64,000 bases of DNA from NCBI GenBank assembly GCA_016190695.1, contig JACPQC010000020.1, positions 19,907-83,906 on the forward strand. Direction: 5' to 3'. The translations under genes and the position numbers were made by a program. The stretch comes from Chloroflexota bacterium. Lineage in GTDB: Bacteria; Chloroflexota; Dehalococcoidia; Dehalococcoidales; RBG-16-60-22. Shown piece after piece: positions 1 through 9,203 of this stretch (the first letter of the stretch is position 1; every line of letters starts with the position of its first letter). The notes beneath the pieces are model-generated. The model was not told where the DNA came from. It did no database searches and worked only from the letters and a program-made list of their open reading frames with translations.

Positions 1-241
1 CGGTCTCTTTGGCCAGCTTGTTATAGACCTCGGCAAAGGCGCTGGGGGGCGGCTGCGTGGTAGTGGGCCACACCTGGTCGCCGGTCAATCTCCGGTAGAA
101 CTCATCTGTGGTTATGGTCACCCGGTCCAGGAAGGACTCGTGGCCAAAGAGCACTGTCAGCGGCACCACCGTCACGCCCAGCTTCTCAGCCAGGTCGAAA
201 GTGATGTCGGACAGGCTATCCGTAACAATTTTTACCGCCAT
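1..241 (-). CDS. DegV family fatty-acid-binding protein (FakB-like), N-terminal part only; gene runs off the window start
   Basis: Minus-strand translation from ATG at 241 gives MAVKIVTDSLSDITFDLAEKLGVTVVPLTVLFGHESFLDRV..., a typical DegV N-terminus. GAGGAGG Shine-Dalgarno lies just upstream. Absent from the ORF track because it is truncated by the window edge. Confidence 0.75.
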   Translation of the reverse strand, partial: MAVKIVTDSLSDITFDLAEKLGVTVVPLTVLFGHESFLDRVTITTDEFYRRLTGDQVWPTTTQPPPSAFAEVYNKLAKET

Positions 242-250
242 CACGCCTCC

Positions 251-1882
251 TCACTCAATAGAAATAATATAGTCATAGTGCGGCTGGTCACCCCGGACAA
301 TCTCTATCTGGAGCTGGGGGAACCGCTCCCGTATGCTGGCGCTCAACGCCTCCGCCTCTTCGGGACCGGCTTCGCCCCCGCGGTAGATGGTGACTATACC
401 GGCCTTTTCCATGTCGATACGGGACAGGACATCATTGACCACAGCCAGGTTATCATTTCCGGCAGCGACCAGGTCGCCGTCAAGCAGGCCGATGGGCTGC
501 CCCTTCTTGATCTCGATATCGCCCAGGCGGGTAGAGCGCACCGACCGGGTTATCTCTATGGACTTTACCGATGAAAGGGCACAGGTCATTATCCGGACAT
601 TGGTCTGGAGCTTGGCCTCATAATCGAAGGCCAGCAGCGCCGCCACTCCCTGGGGCACCGTCTCCGCAGGCACCACCTCTACCGTTTTCCCGGTCAGGGA
701 AGGTACCTGCCTGGCGGTAAGGACGATGTTCTTGTTGTTGGGCAGGATAATGACCTTCTCCGAGGGCACGGACTCGACCGCCTGGAGCAGGTCCCTGGTG
801 CTGGGGTTCATGGTCTGCCCGCCGGGCACTATCACCGCCCCCAGGCTGGAGAAGACCTCCTCCATCCCGTCGCCGGCGACTACGGCGACAATGCTGATTT
901 CACCGGCAGCAGCTTTGTCCTTCTGCATCTCAAGGAAGTCCTGGTGCTGCTCGTCCATGTTGCGGACGCTGATCTGGTGCACTGTGCCCAGCCGCGTTCC
1001 ATAGCGCAGGATGCTGCCCGGGTCCAGCGAGTGGATGTGTACCCTTATAGTGGTATCATCGCCGACCACGATAAGGGACTCGCCCCTGGTCCTCAACCTC
1101 TTCTTTGTCCTTTCCGGGGAAAGCCCTGTGCCCTTGATCATGAACTCGGTGCAGTAGCCGTAAGGGACTTCATCGGCCCCGACCATCTGGGGCAGCCGGG
1201 CAGCCGAAGCCTCCGGGTTGACTATTATCTGGGACTTGCGAAAGCGCATCTCGGCCGCCTCTCCCCTGAGATGACGCAAGGCCCCGTCCAGAATGGTGTA
1301 AAGGCCCTGCCCGCCGGCATCCACCACCCCGGAATCCCTCAGCACCTTGAGCAGCCGCGGCGTATCAGCCACAGATTGGGCTGCCGCCTCGACCGCCGCC
1401 TCCATCACCGAGACTACATCGGCATCCTCAGCAGCCGCCTTTGCCCGGGCCGCCGCCGCCGCATCCTTGATGACGGTGAGAATAGTGCCCTCGACCGGGT
1501 TGGTCAATCCCTTGTAAGCCGCCTCCGTTGAGCGCTGGAAGGCGTCGGCGAGGTCTCTGGCAGTGATGGCATCTTTGCCGTTCAAGCCCTGGGCAAGGCC
1601 GCGCCAGAACTGGGAAAGAATGACGCCGCTATTGCCGCGCGCCCCCATGAGGGCGCCCCTGGCCATGGCGTTCGCCACCCCGGCAGCGCTGTGGTCCGGC
1701 GCCCGGTAGGACTCTTCCACCGTCGAGCGCATGGTCAGCAGCATGTTGGTGCCGGTATCGCCGTCCGGCACCGGGAAGACATTGAGGGCATCGATCTCGG
1801 CGGCGCTTTTCTCCAGCCAACCGGTAGCCGTGGCGAACATGTCCCTCAGTTCCTGCCCGCTGATAGAACTTATCTGCTTCAT
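251..1882 (-). CDS. DAK2-domain protein, YloV/FakA-like fatty acid kinase subunit
   Basis: ORF 251..1897. Dak2 motif PVPDGDTGTNM. About 545 aa, as in YloV/FakA. Lies upstream of a DegV gene and divergent from rpmB, as in Bacillus. ATG at 1882 (MKQISS) is preceded by GGTGAGGGG and preferred over GTG at 1897. Confidence 0.8.
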   Translation of the reverse strand: MKQISSISGQELRDMFATATGWLEKSAAEIDALNVFPVPDGDTGTNMLLTMRSTVEESYRAPDHSAAGVANAMARGALMGARGNSGVILSQFWRGLAQGLNGKDAITARDLADAFQRSTEAAYKGLTNPVEGTILTVIKDAAAAARAKAAAEDADVVSVMEAAVEAAAQSVADTPRLLKVLRDSGVVDAGGQGLYTILDGALRHLRGEAAEMRFRKSQIIVNPEASAARLPQMVGADEVPYGYCTEFMIKGTGLSPERTKKRLRTRGESLIVVGDDTTIRVHIHSLDPGSILRYGTRLGTVHQISVRNMDEQHQDFLEMQKDKAAAGEISIVAVVAGDGMEEVFSSLGAVIVPGGQTMNPSTRDLLQAVESVPSEKVIILPNNKNIVLTARQVPSLTGKTVEVVPAETVPQGVAALLAFDYEAKLQTNVRIMTCALSSVKSIEITRSVRSTRLGDIEIKKGQPIGLLDGDLVAAGNDNLAVVNDVLSRIDMEKAGIVTIYRGGEAGPEEAEALSASIRERFPQLQIEIVRGDQPHYDYIISIE

Positions 1883-2085
1883 TTCTGTGCCCCTCACCAG
1901 GCCCTTTTAAGAAGTCTCCAGCGAATTCCAACTTCCCCACCAGGCCGCAGCCACAGAAAGACCGGCCATTGTCCCACTGACAGGCGCGGCCGGCTGGTCT
2001 CCGCGCTTGTCTTCCTGCGTCATATTATGCTACACTATTTACCAGTATACCACAATAGTCTAGGGTCAAAGTAAGGAGAAAGACT

Positions 2086-2274
2086 TTGAAATGTGACCTG
2101 TGCGGGAAAACGCCGCAGTTCGGCAGTAATATAAGTCATTCCAAGCGCCATACCCCGCGCCGATGGGTGCCCAACGTCCATCCGGCCACGATAGTGGTCA
2201 AGGGCCGGGACCAGCGCCTCAACCTGTGCACCAGGTGTCTCCGCAGCTATAACAAGACGGCCAAGGCTGGCTGA
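2086..2274 (+). CDS. rpmB: 50S ribosomal protein L28
   Basis: 62 aa, MKCDLCGKTPQFGSNISHSKRHTPRRWVPNV. TTG start 6 nt after an AAGGAGA SD. Confidence 0.9.
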   Translation: MKCDLCGKTPQFGSNISHSKRHTPRRWVPNVHPATIVVKGRDQRLNLCTRCLRSYNKTAKAG

Positions 2275-2308
2275 GCCACAAAGCACCCCCAATTAGCCGC
2301 GTACGCGG

Positions 2309-2371
2309 AATGTCAAAGTCCAAAATCCAAAGTTCAAAGCGATTTGAGCTTTGTCATTTGGTACTTTGAGC
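2309..2371. repeat. AT-rich palindromic intergenic element, family A copy 1 (likely bidirectional terminator)
   Basis: Arms AATGTCAAAGTCCAAAATCCAAAGTTCAAAG (2309-2339) and ATTTGAGCTTTGTCATTTGGTACTTTGAGC (2342-2371) form a long imperfect hairpin. Preceded by the perfect palindrome CCGCGTACGCGG (2297-2308). Lies between convergent rpmB and argH. Confidence 0.6.
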
Positions 2372-3742
2372 TTACCCATCAAGTACCTTCCTGGCCTCGG
2401 CGATAGCCTGTTTTACCCGCCCCGGCGCAGTGCCGCCCGGAACGTCCCTGGCAGCGATAGAGGACTCAACACTGATGGCGAGGATGTCCTCGTCAAACTC
2501 CGGCGCGAACCCTTTGTACTCGGCTAGAGTGAGTTCAGACAGTGACTTCCCCGCCTGCGCCGCGCGGCTGACCAGCCTGGCCACGATGTCGTGAGCGGTG
2601 CGGAAGGCCACCCCTTTCCTCACCAGGTAGTCGGCCAGGTCAGTGGCCAGGATGTACCCCCGCTCAGCCGCCTTTCTGGTGGCGGCCGGGTTGACCTTCA
2701 GGGTTGACACCATACCGGCAAATACCTCCAGCGTGGCCAGCAGCGTATCCACCACGTCGAACAGGCCTTCTTTATCCTCCTGCATGTCCCGGTTGTAAGC
2801 CAGGGGCAGGCCTTTCATGGTGGTCAGCATGGCGAGGAGACGGCCGTAGACGCGTCCCGTCCTGCCCCGGGCCAGCTCGGCCACATCCGGGTTCTTCTTC
2901 TGGGGCATGATGCTGCTGCCGGTGGCATAGGCGTCATCAACCTCGATGAAGCCAAACTCCGATGAAGACCAGATGACTACCTCTTCAGCCAGGCGAGACA
3001 GGTGCATCATGCACAGGCTGGCCGCCGCCTGGTACTCGATGACGAAGTCGCGGTCGGAGACGGCGTCGGCGCTGTTGTCGCTCACCTCACTGAAGCCAAG
3101 CTCCCCGGCGACAAAATCGCGGTCTATTTTGTAGGGCACGCCGGCCACGGCGCCGCTTCCCAGCGGCATAACGTCAGTGCGCCTGAAGCAATCCCCGAAC
3201 CGGTCAGAATCGCGCTTGAGCATCTCGAAGTAGGCGAGCAGATGGTGGGCCAGGAGCACCGGCTGCCCCGCCTGGAGGTGGGTATAGCCCGGCACTACCA
3301 CGTCGATGTTTCTTTCGGCCAGGCCAACCACCGCCTGCTGCAGCTCCCGGACCCGTCCCAGGGTATCCCGGATGGTCTCTTTAAGGAACAGGCGCGTGTC
3401 CAGGGCCACCTGGTCGTTGCGGGAGCGGGCGGTGTGGAGCTTGCCCCCCACCTCGCCCACCTTCTCGATGAGACGGGACTCGATGGCCATGTGGATGTCC
3501 TCCATCTCGGCCTTGAAGTCGAACCGTCCCTGCTCTATCTCTTCTCTTACGGAAGTAAGCCCGGCTACGATCGTATCGGCTTCCCCGGAAGGGATTATCC
3601 CCTGCCTGGCCAGCATCCGGGCATGGGCGATGCTGCCCGCAATGTCATAGGGATAGAGCCGCCAGTCTACCGGTATCGAGGCGGTATACCTGGAGGCAGC
3701 CTCGTCAGCGCCCTTCCCGAACCGGCCCCGGATGTGGCTCAC
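2372..3742 (-). CDS. argH: argininosuccinate lyase
   Basis: 456 aa. Fumarate-lyase signature GSSIMPQKKNPD. GTG start overlaps the argG stop (GTGA). Confidence 0.95.
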   Translation of the reverse strand: MSHIRGRFGKGADEAASRYTASIPVDWRLYPYDIAGSIAHARMLARQGIIPSGEADTIVAGLTSVREEIEQGRFDFKAEMEDIHMAIESRLIEKVGEVGGKLHTARSRNDQVALDTRLFLKETIRDTLGRVRELQQAVVGLAERNIDVVVPGYTHLQAGQPVLLAHHLLAYFEMLKRDSDRFGDCFRRTDVMPLGSGAVAGVPYKIDRDFVAGELGFSEVSDNSADAVSDRDFVIEYQAAASLCMMHLSRLAEEVVIWSSSEFGFIEVDDAYATGSSIMPQKKNPDVAELARGRTGRVYGRLLAMLTTMKGLPLAYNRDMQEDKEGLFDVVDTLLATLEVFAGMVSTLKVNPAATRKAAERGYILATDLADYLVRKGVAFRTAHDIVARLVSRAAQAGKSLSELTLAEYKGFAPEFDEDILAISVESSIAARDVPGGTAPGRVKQAIAEARKVLDG

Positions 3743-4947
3743 GCCCCCTCCCGTCCGAGGTCCTGCGCCCGCGCCTGCGTCCTGGCCGGCAGCCCGAAGA
3801 GCTGGATGAAACCGGCTGAGGCCTTCTGGTCGAAAACGTCACCCTTATCGTAGGTAGCCAGGTCGTGGCGGTACAGGGAGTAAGGGGACTTCCGCCCGAC
3901 AACGGCGCTGCTCCCCTTGTGCAGCCTGACCCTGACCAAGCCGGTGACGTAACGCTGAGTTGACCTGACGTAGGCCTCCAGGTCCTGCCGCAGACCGGTG
4001 AACCAGAGGCCGCTGTAGACCAGCCAGGCATACTCGGCGGCGACGATTTGCTTGAATCTTAGCTGGTCTCGGGACAGCGTCATCGCCTCGAGCGCCCGGT
4101 GCGCCTGGAGCAGCACCATCGCCGCCGGGGCCTCATAAATTTCCCGCGACTTTATCCCGACCACCCGGTCTTCAATATGGTCGATTCGCCCGATGCCATG
4201 CCTTCCGGCAAGCCCGGTCATACGCTCGACAAGGGGGATGCCCGCTATCTGCTCGCCGTCCAGGGACACGGGCAGGCCCTGTTCAAAGCCTATTTCCAGG
4301 TACTCCGGGTCTTCCGGGGTCTCCTTCACCGGCCTGACCCAGATAAAGGCGTCGTCCGGCGGCTCAACCCAGGGGTCTTCCAGCACTCCACACTCGATGC
4401 TCCGCCCCCACAGGTTCTGGTCGATGGAGTAAGGGCTGGCAAGGGTCACCGGCACCGGGATGCCCCGCTCCTGGGCGTAGCGGATAGTCTCCTCCCTGGT
4501 CATGCCCCACTCCCTGGCCGGGGCGATCACCTTGAGGTCGGGGGCCAGGCCGGCGATGCTGACGTCAAACCTCACCTGGTCGTTGCCTTTGCCGGTACAG
4601 CCGTGGGCCACAGCGCCGGCACCTTCTTCCCTGGCCGTTTTTGCCAGAAGCTCCGCAATCAGGGGACGGGCCAGGGCGGTGGCCAGGGGGTACTCTCCCT
4701 GGTAGATGGCGTCAGCCTGGAGGGACGGGAAGACAAAGCGCTCCACGAACTCCTGCCTGGCGTCGAGCAGCACCGCCTTCACCGCGCCCACCCTGAGCGC
4801 CTTTTCCCGGATAGCTTCGTAATCAGGCTCATTGCCCACGTCGACGGTGAACGTTATCACATCCAGCCCGTATTTCTCCTTGAGCCACGTGATAGCGGCC
4901 GAGGTGTCCAGCCCGCCGCTGTAAGCAAGCACTACTTTACCCGGCAT
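3739..4947 (-). CDS. argG: argininosuccinate synthase
   Basis: ORF 3739..4980. AYSGGLDTS signature. ATG at 4947 (MPGKVVLAYSGG) preceded by AAGGGAAGGA. Confidence 0.95.
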   Translation of the reverse strand: MPGKVVLAYSGGLDTSAAITWLKEKYGLDVITFTVDVGNEPDYEAIREKALRVGAVKAVLLDARQEFVERFVFPSLQADAIYQGEYPLATALARPLIAELLAKTAREEGAGAVAHGCTGKGNDQVRFDVSIAGLAPDLKVIAPAREWGMTREETIRYAQERGIPVPVTLASPYSIDQNLWGRSIECGVLEDPWVEPPDDAFIWVRPVKETPEDPEYLEIGFEQGLPVSLDGEQIAGIPLVERMTGLAGRHGIGRIDHIEDRVVGIKSREIYEAPAAMVLLQAHRALEAMTLSRDQLRFKQIVAAEYAWLVYSGLWFTGLRQDLEAYVRSTQRYVTGLVRVRLHKGSSAVVGRKSPYSLYRHDLATYDKGDVFDQKASAGFIQLFGLPARTQARAQDLGREGA

Positions 4948-4966
4948 AATCCTTCCCTTCACGGCC

Positions 4967-5950
4967 TTACCACAGGCCAAAGTTATCTCTCAAAAATTCG
5001 GTGATCCTGCCGTAGACATCGGGGTACTGCCAGCGATAATCATGCCCCGGCGCCATGACGTAGTTCATTATCCTGCCCGCTTTCTCGGGGGGCGGGGGGA
5101 TGCCCAGCAGCCCCTTGAGGCTGGTCCAGATCATGCTGGAGAAATCGGCGCGGGTAAACACATCGGGATATCTGCCGTTGTCGTCCAGCACCAGCGTCCT
5201 GTCCAGCGAGGCGGGCTTATGCCAGAAAGGCGGCCCGGTCTGGATGCTGTAGACCTGGGCATTATCCCGCAGCAGGTCCATCGCCTTGTCCGATATTATC
5301 GTGCCTACGCTTTCACCAGCCACGATAACCTTCAGGTCAGGGATGTTCCTGGTGAGAAATTCCACACGGCGGGCCAGGTACTCACCCTTGTTCGGGTAGA
5401 AGGTCATCGCCTCACCGAACTCGTCCAGCCGTCCCCAGAAGGTATTTGCGGTACGCCGGTAGTCCATGAGCAGCGAACTGTAGCCCAGGTCTTCCAGTTC
5501 CGAGGTGATGCCGGTGATGATGGAGTACCATCCCGGAGAACTCTCCAGCCGGTTCCATCCCCACCCACCCGGGTTAAAGACGATGACGAAATCTTTGTCC
5601 CTGGCCTCGACATAGGCGGCCAGCAGCTCGCTGGTAAATTCCTCGTACCCCACCCGGTAGCCCCCGAACAGCTCCGCGCCCAGTCCAGCAGCGTCCTCGA
5701 CAACTGACTGGCGCACTCCGGAAAGGTCGATATCCGGCCAGGGCAGGTCTCTCCCTATCTGGCTGGCCATGCCGGACTCGGAGTAAGCCAGTGATAGCAG
5801 CACTGTCCCCAGCAGGAATACCGCCGTCACCATCACCAGTATCGCAGCCCGGCGGGCACTGGCCTTCAGCAGAGACCGGGACAGGAAAGCCCTTCCCGAT
5901 AGCTCAGGCAACGGCGGAAATGGCCTGGTCCAGGATGGCCATGGCTTCAT
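4967..5950 (-). CDS. membrane-anchored alpha/beta-hydrolase-like protein of unknown function
   Basis: 327 aa. One N-terminal TM helix (AAILVMVTAVFLLGTVLLSLAY). GxSxG elbow (AGESVGT), later DDNG and PGHDY as possible Asp/His. The 5' end overlaps the argD 3' end by 47 nt if ATG 5950 is used; alternative ATG at 5833. Confidence 0.45.
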   Translation of the reverse strand: MKPWPSWTRPFPPLPELSGRAFLSRSLLKASARRAAILVMVTAVFLLGTVLLSLAYSESGMASQIGRDLPWPDIDLSGVRQSVVEDAAGLGAELFGGYRVGYEEFTSELLAAYVEARDKDFVIVFNPGGWGWNRLESSPGWYSIITGITSELEDLGYSSLLMDYRRTANTFWGRLDEFGEAMTFYPNKGEYLARRVEFLTRNIPDLKVIVAGESVGTIISDKAMDLLRDNAQVYSIQTGPPFWHKPASLDRTLVLDDNGRYPDVFTRADFSSMIWTSLKGLLGIPPPPEKAGRIMNYVMAPGHDYRWQYPDVYGRITEFLRDNFGLW

Positions 5951-7097
5951 CTACGTCCCCGTTATTGATTATCAGCGGCGGCATGAACCGCAGGGCATTG
6001 GGCTTGAGCTTGTTGACCAGGAGACCTCTCTCCAGGCAGGCGGAAAGCACCGGGGCAGCCAGTTCCGCGTCAAAATAGAGCGCCGCCAGCAGCCCGCAGC
6101 CCCGCACATCAGTTATACACTGGTGCTTCGCCTTGAGCCTGAGCAGGCCTTCGAGCAAGTGCCGGCCCACCCTGGCGACATTATCACAAATATTATTGTC
6201 CAGTATGAACTTGACCGCGGCATAGGCTGCGGCGCAGGCCAGGGGATTGCCGCCAAAAGTAGAGCCGTGCTCGCCGGGCACGAATACCGAGACCTCTTCT
6301 CTGGCCATGACCGCGCCGATGGGGACGCCGCTGCCCAGGCCCTTGGCCAGGGTTATTATGTCAGGTTCAACGCCGTATTGCTGGTAGCCGAAGAGCGTAC
6401 CGATGCGGCCGATGCCTGTCTGTATCTCGTCCAGGATGAGCAGGATGCCCTTGTCGCGGCACCATTGCTTTACCGCCGCCAGGTAGCCTTTTTCGGGGAT
6501 GTTGACCCCGCCCTCCCCCTGCACCGGCTCGAGCATCACCGCGCAGGTGCGCTCGTTTGTTGCCGCCTGCACCGCCTCGATGCTGTCATACTCCACGTTG
6601 ACAAAGCCGGTGGGCAGGGGCGCATAAGGCTTCTGGAACTTGGATTGACCGGTGGCGGCCACCATGCTCAGGGTGCGGCCATGAAACGATCCCATTGCGC
6701 TGATGACCTCGTAGGCCCCGTTCAAATAGCGCTGCCCGTAGCGCCTGGCCAGCTTGACGGCCCCCTCGTTGGCCTCGGCGCCGCTGTTGCACAGGAAGAC
6801 CCGCTGCAGGCAGCTATTGTTCACCAGCAACTCGGCCAGGCGGAGCTGCGGGATGGTGTAGAACTGATTGGAGGCCTGGATAAGGGTGCCGGCCTGCTCG
6901 GTGATAGCGCCCGAAACCGCCGGATGGCAGTGCCCCAGGCTGTTGACCGCCCAGCCGCCGACAAAGTCCAGGTACTCGCGTTCTTCATCGTCCCACACCC
7001 GCGCCCCTTTGCCCCTCACCAGGGTCACCGGCACACGGTCAGTGGTATGCATCAGGTATTTGCGTTCCAGTTCCTGCCAGTTGCTCATAACGTTCAC
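5904..7097 (-). CDS. argD: acetylornithine aminotransferase
   Basis: Class III aminotransferase. LILDEIQTGIGRIG and PLP-lysine context TLAKGLGSG. Start is GTG 7097 or ATG 7088. Confidence 0.9.
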   Translation of the reverse strand: MNVMSNWQELERKYLMHTTDRVPVTLVRGKGARVWDDEEREYLDFVGGWAVNSLGHCHPAVSGAITEQAGTLIQASNQFYTIPQLRLAELLVNNSCLQRVFLCNSGAEANEGAVKLARRYGQRYLNGAYEVISAMGSFHGRTLSMVAATGQSKFQKPYAPLPTGFVNVEYDSIEAVQAATNERTCAVMLEPVQGEGGVNIPEKGYLAAVKQWCRDKGILLILDEIQTGIGRIGTLFGYQQYGVEPDIITLAKGLGSGVPIGAVMAREEVSVFVPGEHGSTFGGNPLACAAAYAAVKFILDNNICDNVARVGRHLLEGLLRLKAKHQCITDVRGCGLLAALYFDAELAAPVLSACLERGLLVNKLKPNALRFMPPLIINNGDVDEAMAILDQAISAVA

Positions 7098-7099
7098 TC

Positions 7100-7885
7100 T
7101 TATCCCTGGACTACGACCGTGCCGCTTCTCTGCTCCTCCATCTCCCTGAGCAGGGCGTGCGGCTGGCGGCCATCGATGATACAGGCGGCGGCCCCACCGG
7201 AGAGGGCGATAAGGCAGGCCTTCAGCTTGGGTACCATGCCGCCCGAGGCCGCGCCGGAAGAAAGCAGGGACCTGGCTTCGTCCGCAGAAAGCCGCTCCAG
7301 CAGTTCGCCGGACTGGCCGCGGACGCCGGCAACGTCGGTCAGGAAGACCAGCTTCTGAGCGCCGAGGGCGGCCGCTATCTCCCCGGCCACAGGGTCGCCG
7401 TTAACGTTCAGCATCAGGGGGGCGTCCTCTGGCCGGTCAAAGGCGTGAAGGCTCACCGGAGCGACCACGGGCATGTATCCGGCCTGAAGCAGCGCTTCGA
7501 GGAGGCCGGTATCTATCTTCATCACCGCGCCCATGTAGCCCATCCTGGCATCCTTGACCTTGCCCTGGACCAGGCTTCCATCCACGCCGCTGATGCCCGC
7601 GGCGCGCCCGCCCCGGCAGTTTATGGCGGCTACGATCTCTTTGTTGGCCAGCCCGGCGAGCACCGCCGTGACCGTGTCCAGCGTGGCCCGGTCAGTCACC
7701 CGTTCCCCGTCGACAAAACTGGTGGAGACGCCCTGCCAGGCCAGCCACCTGGTCACCATGTTGGCCCCGCCGTGGACGACCACCACCGGCCGGCCCATGC
7801 GCTGGAGGCTGACCAGGTCATCTATGGTAGTATCGCGGCTATCGAATACCGAGCCGCCCATCTTGACGACAATAATGTCTTTCAT
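7100..7885 (-). CDS. argB: acetylglutamate kinase
   Basis: 261 aa. VVKMGGS and VVHGGA motifs of the amino acid kinase family. Sits between argJ and argD. Confidence 0.9.
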   Translation of the reverse strand: MKDIIVVKMGGSVFDSRDTTIDDLVSLQRMGRPVVVVHGGANMVTRWLAWQGVSTSFVDGERVTDRATLDTVTAVLAGLANKEIVAAINCRGGRAAGISGVDGSLVQGKVKDARMGYMGAVMKIDTGLLEALLQAGYMPVVAPVSLHAFDRPEDAPLMLNVNGDPVAGEIAAALGAQKLVFLTDVAGVRGQSGELLERLSADEARSLLSSGAASGGMVPKLKACLIALSGGAAACIIDGRQPHALLREMEEQRSGTVVVQG

Positions 7886-7911
7886 ATTATCCAGAATATG
7901 CTATACGAATG

Positions 7912-7985
7912 AATGCCAAAGTTCAAAATCCAAATGTCAAACCCTTTGAAATTTATTTGAACTTTGGATTTTGTAATTTGACATT
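7912..7985. repeat. AT-rich palindromic intergenic element, family A copy 2
   Basis: Arms AATGCCAAAGTTCAAAATCCAAATGTCAAA (7912-7941) and TTTGAACTTTGGATTTTGTAATTTGACATT (7956-7985), 25 of 30 complementary. The arm sequence is nearly identical to copy 1. Lies inside the arg operon between argJ and argB. Confidence 0.6.
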
Positions 7986-7995
7986 ATCTTATTAT

Positions 7996-9195
7996 TCAGG
8001 TGGTGTACTGGCTGTTGATGGTGACATATTCTTCGGACAGGTCACAGCCCCAGGCGGTAGCAGCAGCGTTGCCCATGTTGAGGTCGAGGACAATAGAGAC
8101 CTCGTCCCGGTCCAGCACCCGAACCGCCTGTCCGGCATCGAAGGGCAGGGCGCGCCCGCCCCGGGCCACCTGGATGCCCCCGATGGAAAGGTCAACCCTG
8201 GACTCTTCCAGTTCAACGCCGCTCCGCCCCACCGCCGCTATTACCCGCCCCCAGTTGGGGTCATTGCCATGAATGGCCGATTTGACCAGCGGGGAACTGA
8301 CCACCGTTCTGGCCACCCTCCGGGCTTCCTCCAGGCTGCGCCCCCCGTTGACCTTCACCTCGATAAGCTTGGTCGCGCCCTCTCCATCCCGGGCAATAGC
8401 CCTGGCCAGGTGGACGCAAACGCCATCGAGCGCATGCTGGAAGGCCCCGGCGTGCTCGCAATTTTCGGTAATAGGCTCACCGCCGGCGCTGCCGCTGGCC
8501 ATTATCAACACCATGTCATTGGTGCTGGTATCGCCGTCTATAGAGAGCATGTTAAAGGAGTTGTCCACTGCCTGCCGCAGAGCCAACTTCAGGAAACCGT
8601 CTTCGACAGCGGCATCAGTGGTCAGGAAACAGAGCAAAGTGGCCATGTCCGGGTGGATCATCCCGGCGCCCTTGGCCACCCCGCCCAGCGTAAAGAACTG
8701 GCTCCTGACCGCAACCTCTTTAGGCACGGTATCAGTGGTCATAATAGCCCGGGCCAGGTCATGCCCGCCCTCTCTTGAGACGGCAATGTGCGCCATGCCA
8801 TCCTTGATCCTGTCCATAGGCATCCGCAAGCCGATGACCCCGGTACTGGCCACTAGCACTTCCTCAGAGGGCACGCCCAGATGCCGCGCCGCCAACTCTG
8901 CCATCTCAACCGCATCAGCCAAGCCTTCCGCCCCGGTGCAGGCGTTGGCGCAGCCGCTATTGACCACCACCGCCCTGGCCCTGCCATCCTTCAGACGCTG
9001 CTGCGAAAGCACTACAGGGGCCGCCTTGACCCTGTTCCGGGTGAACACGGCCGCCGCAACGCAAAGAGACCCTGAGCAGAGTATGCCCAGGTCCAGCTTT
9101 CCGTCCTTTTTCTTTATACCTGCGCTGACGGCGCCCGCCTCGAAGCCCGGGGGCGCGGTAATGCCGCCAGAGACAGTTTCCAGCTTAGAGTTCAT
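7996..9195 (-). CDS. argJ: bifunctional ornithine acetyltransferase / N-acetylglutamate synthase
   Basis: 399 aa. Autoproteolysis-site context GMIHPDMATLLCFLTTDA. C-terminal INSQYTT is typical of ArgJ. Confidence 0.92.
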   Translation of the reverse strand: MNSKLETVSGGITAPPGFEAGAVSAGIKKKDGKLDLGILCSGSLCVAAAVFTRNRVKAAPVVLSQQRLKDGRARAVVVNSGCANACTGAEGLADAVEMAELAARHLGVPSEEVLVASTGVIGLRMPMDRIKDGMAHIAVSREGGHDLARAIMTTDTVPKEVAVRSQFFTLGGVAKGAGMIHPDMATLLCFLTTDAAVEDGFLKLALRQAVDNSFNMLSIDGDTSTNDMVLIMASGSAGGEPITENCEHAGAFQHALDGVCVHLARAIARDGEGATKLIEVKVNGGRSLEEARRVARTVVSSPLVKSAIHGNDPNWGRVIAAVGRSGVELEESRVDLSIGGIQVARGGRALPFDAGQAVRVLDRDEVSIVLDLNMGNAAATAWGCDLSEEYVTINSQYTT

Positions 9196-9203
9196 CGGCG
9201 CAA

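Noticed and set aside
4967-5950. Idea that the 327-aa ORF is a divergent ornithine carbamoyltransferase (argF)
   Set aside because: It has no carbamoyl-phosphate or ornithine binding motifs (STRTR, HPxQ, HCLP). Instead it has a TM anchor and a GxSxG elbow. It is kept only as a hydrolase-like protein of unknown role.
6123-7358. 411-aa plus-strand ORF across argD/argB. The same pattern appears at 55409-56617 (402 aa), 22161-23168 (335 aa), 3002-3853, 4099-5004 and 42086-42835.
   Set aside because: All are antisense or out of frame to genes with strong family motifs. They show low-complexity Arg/Gly/Pro-rich sequence with no recognisable domains, so they are GC-driven open frames.
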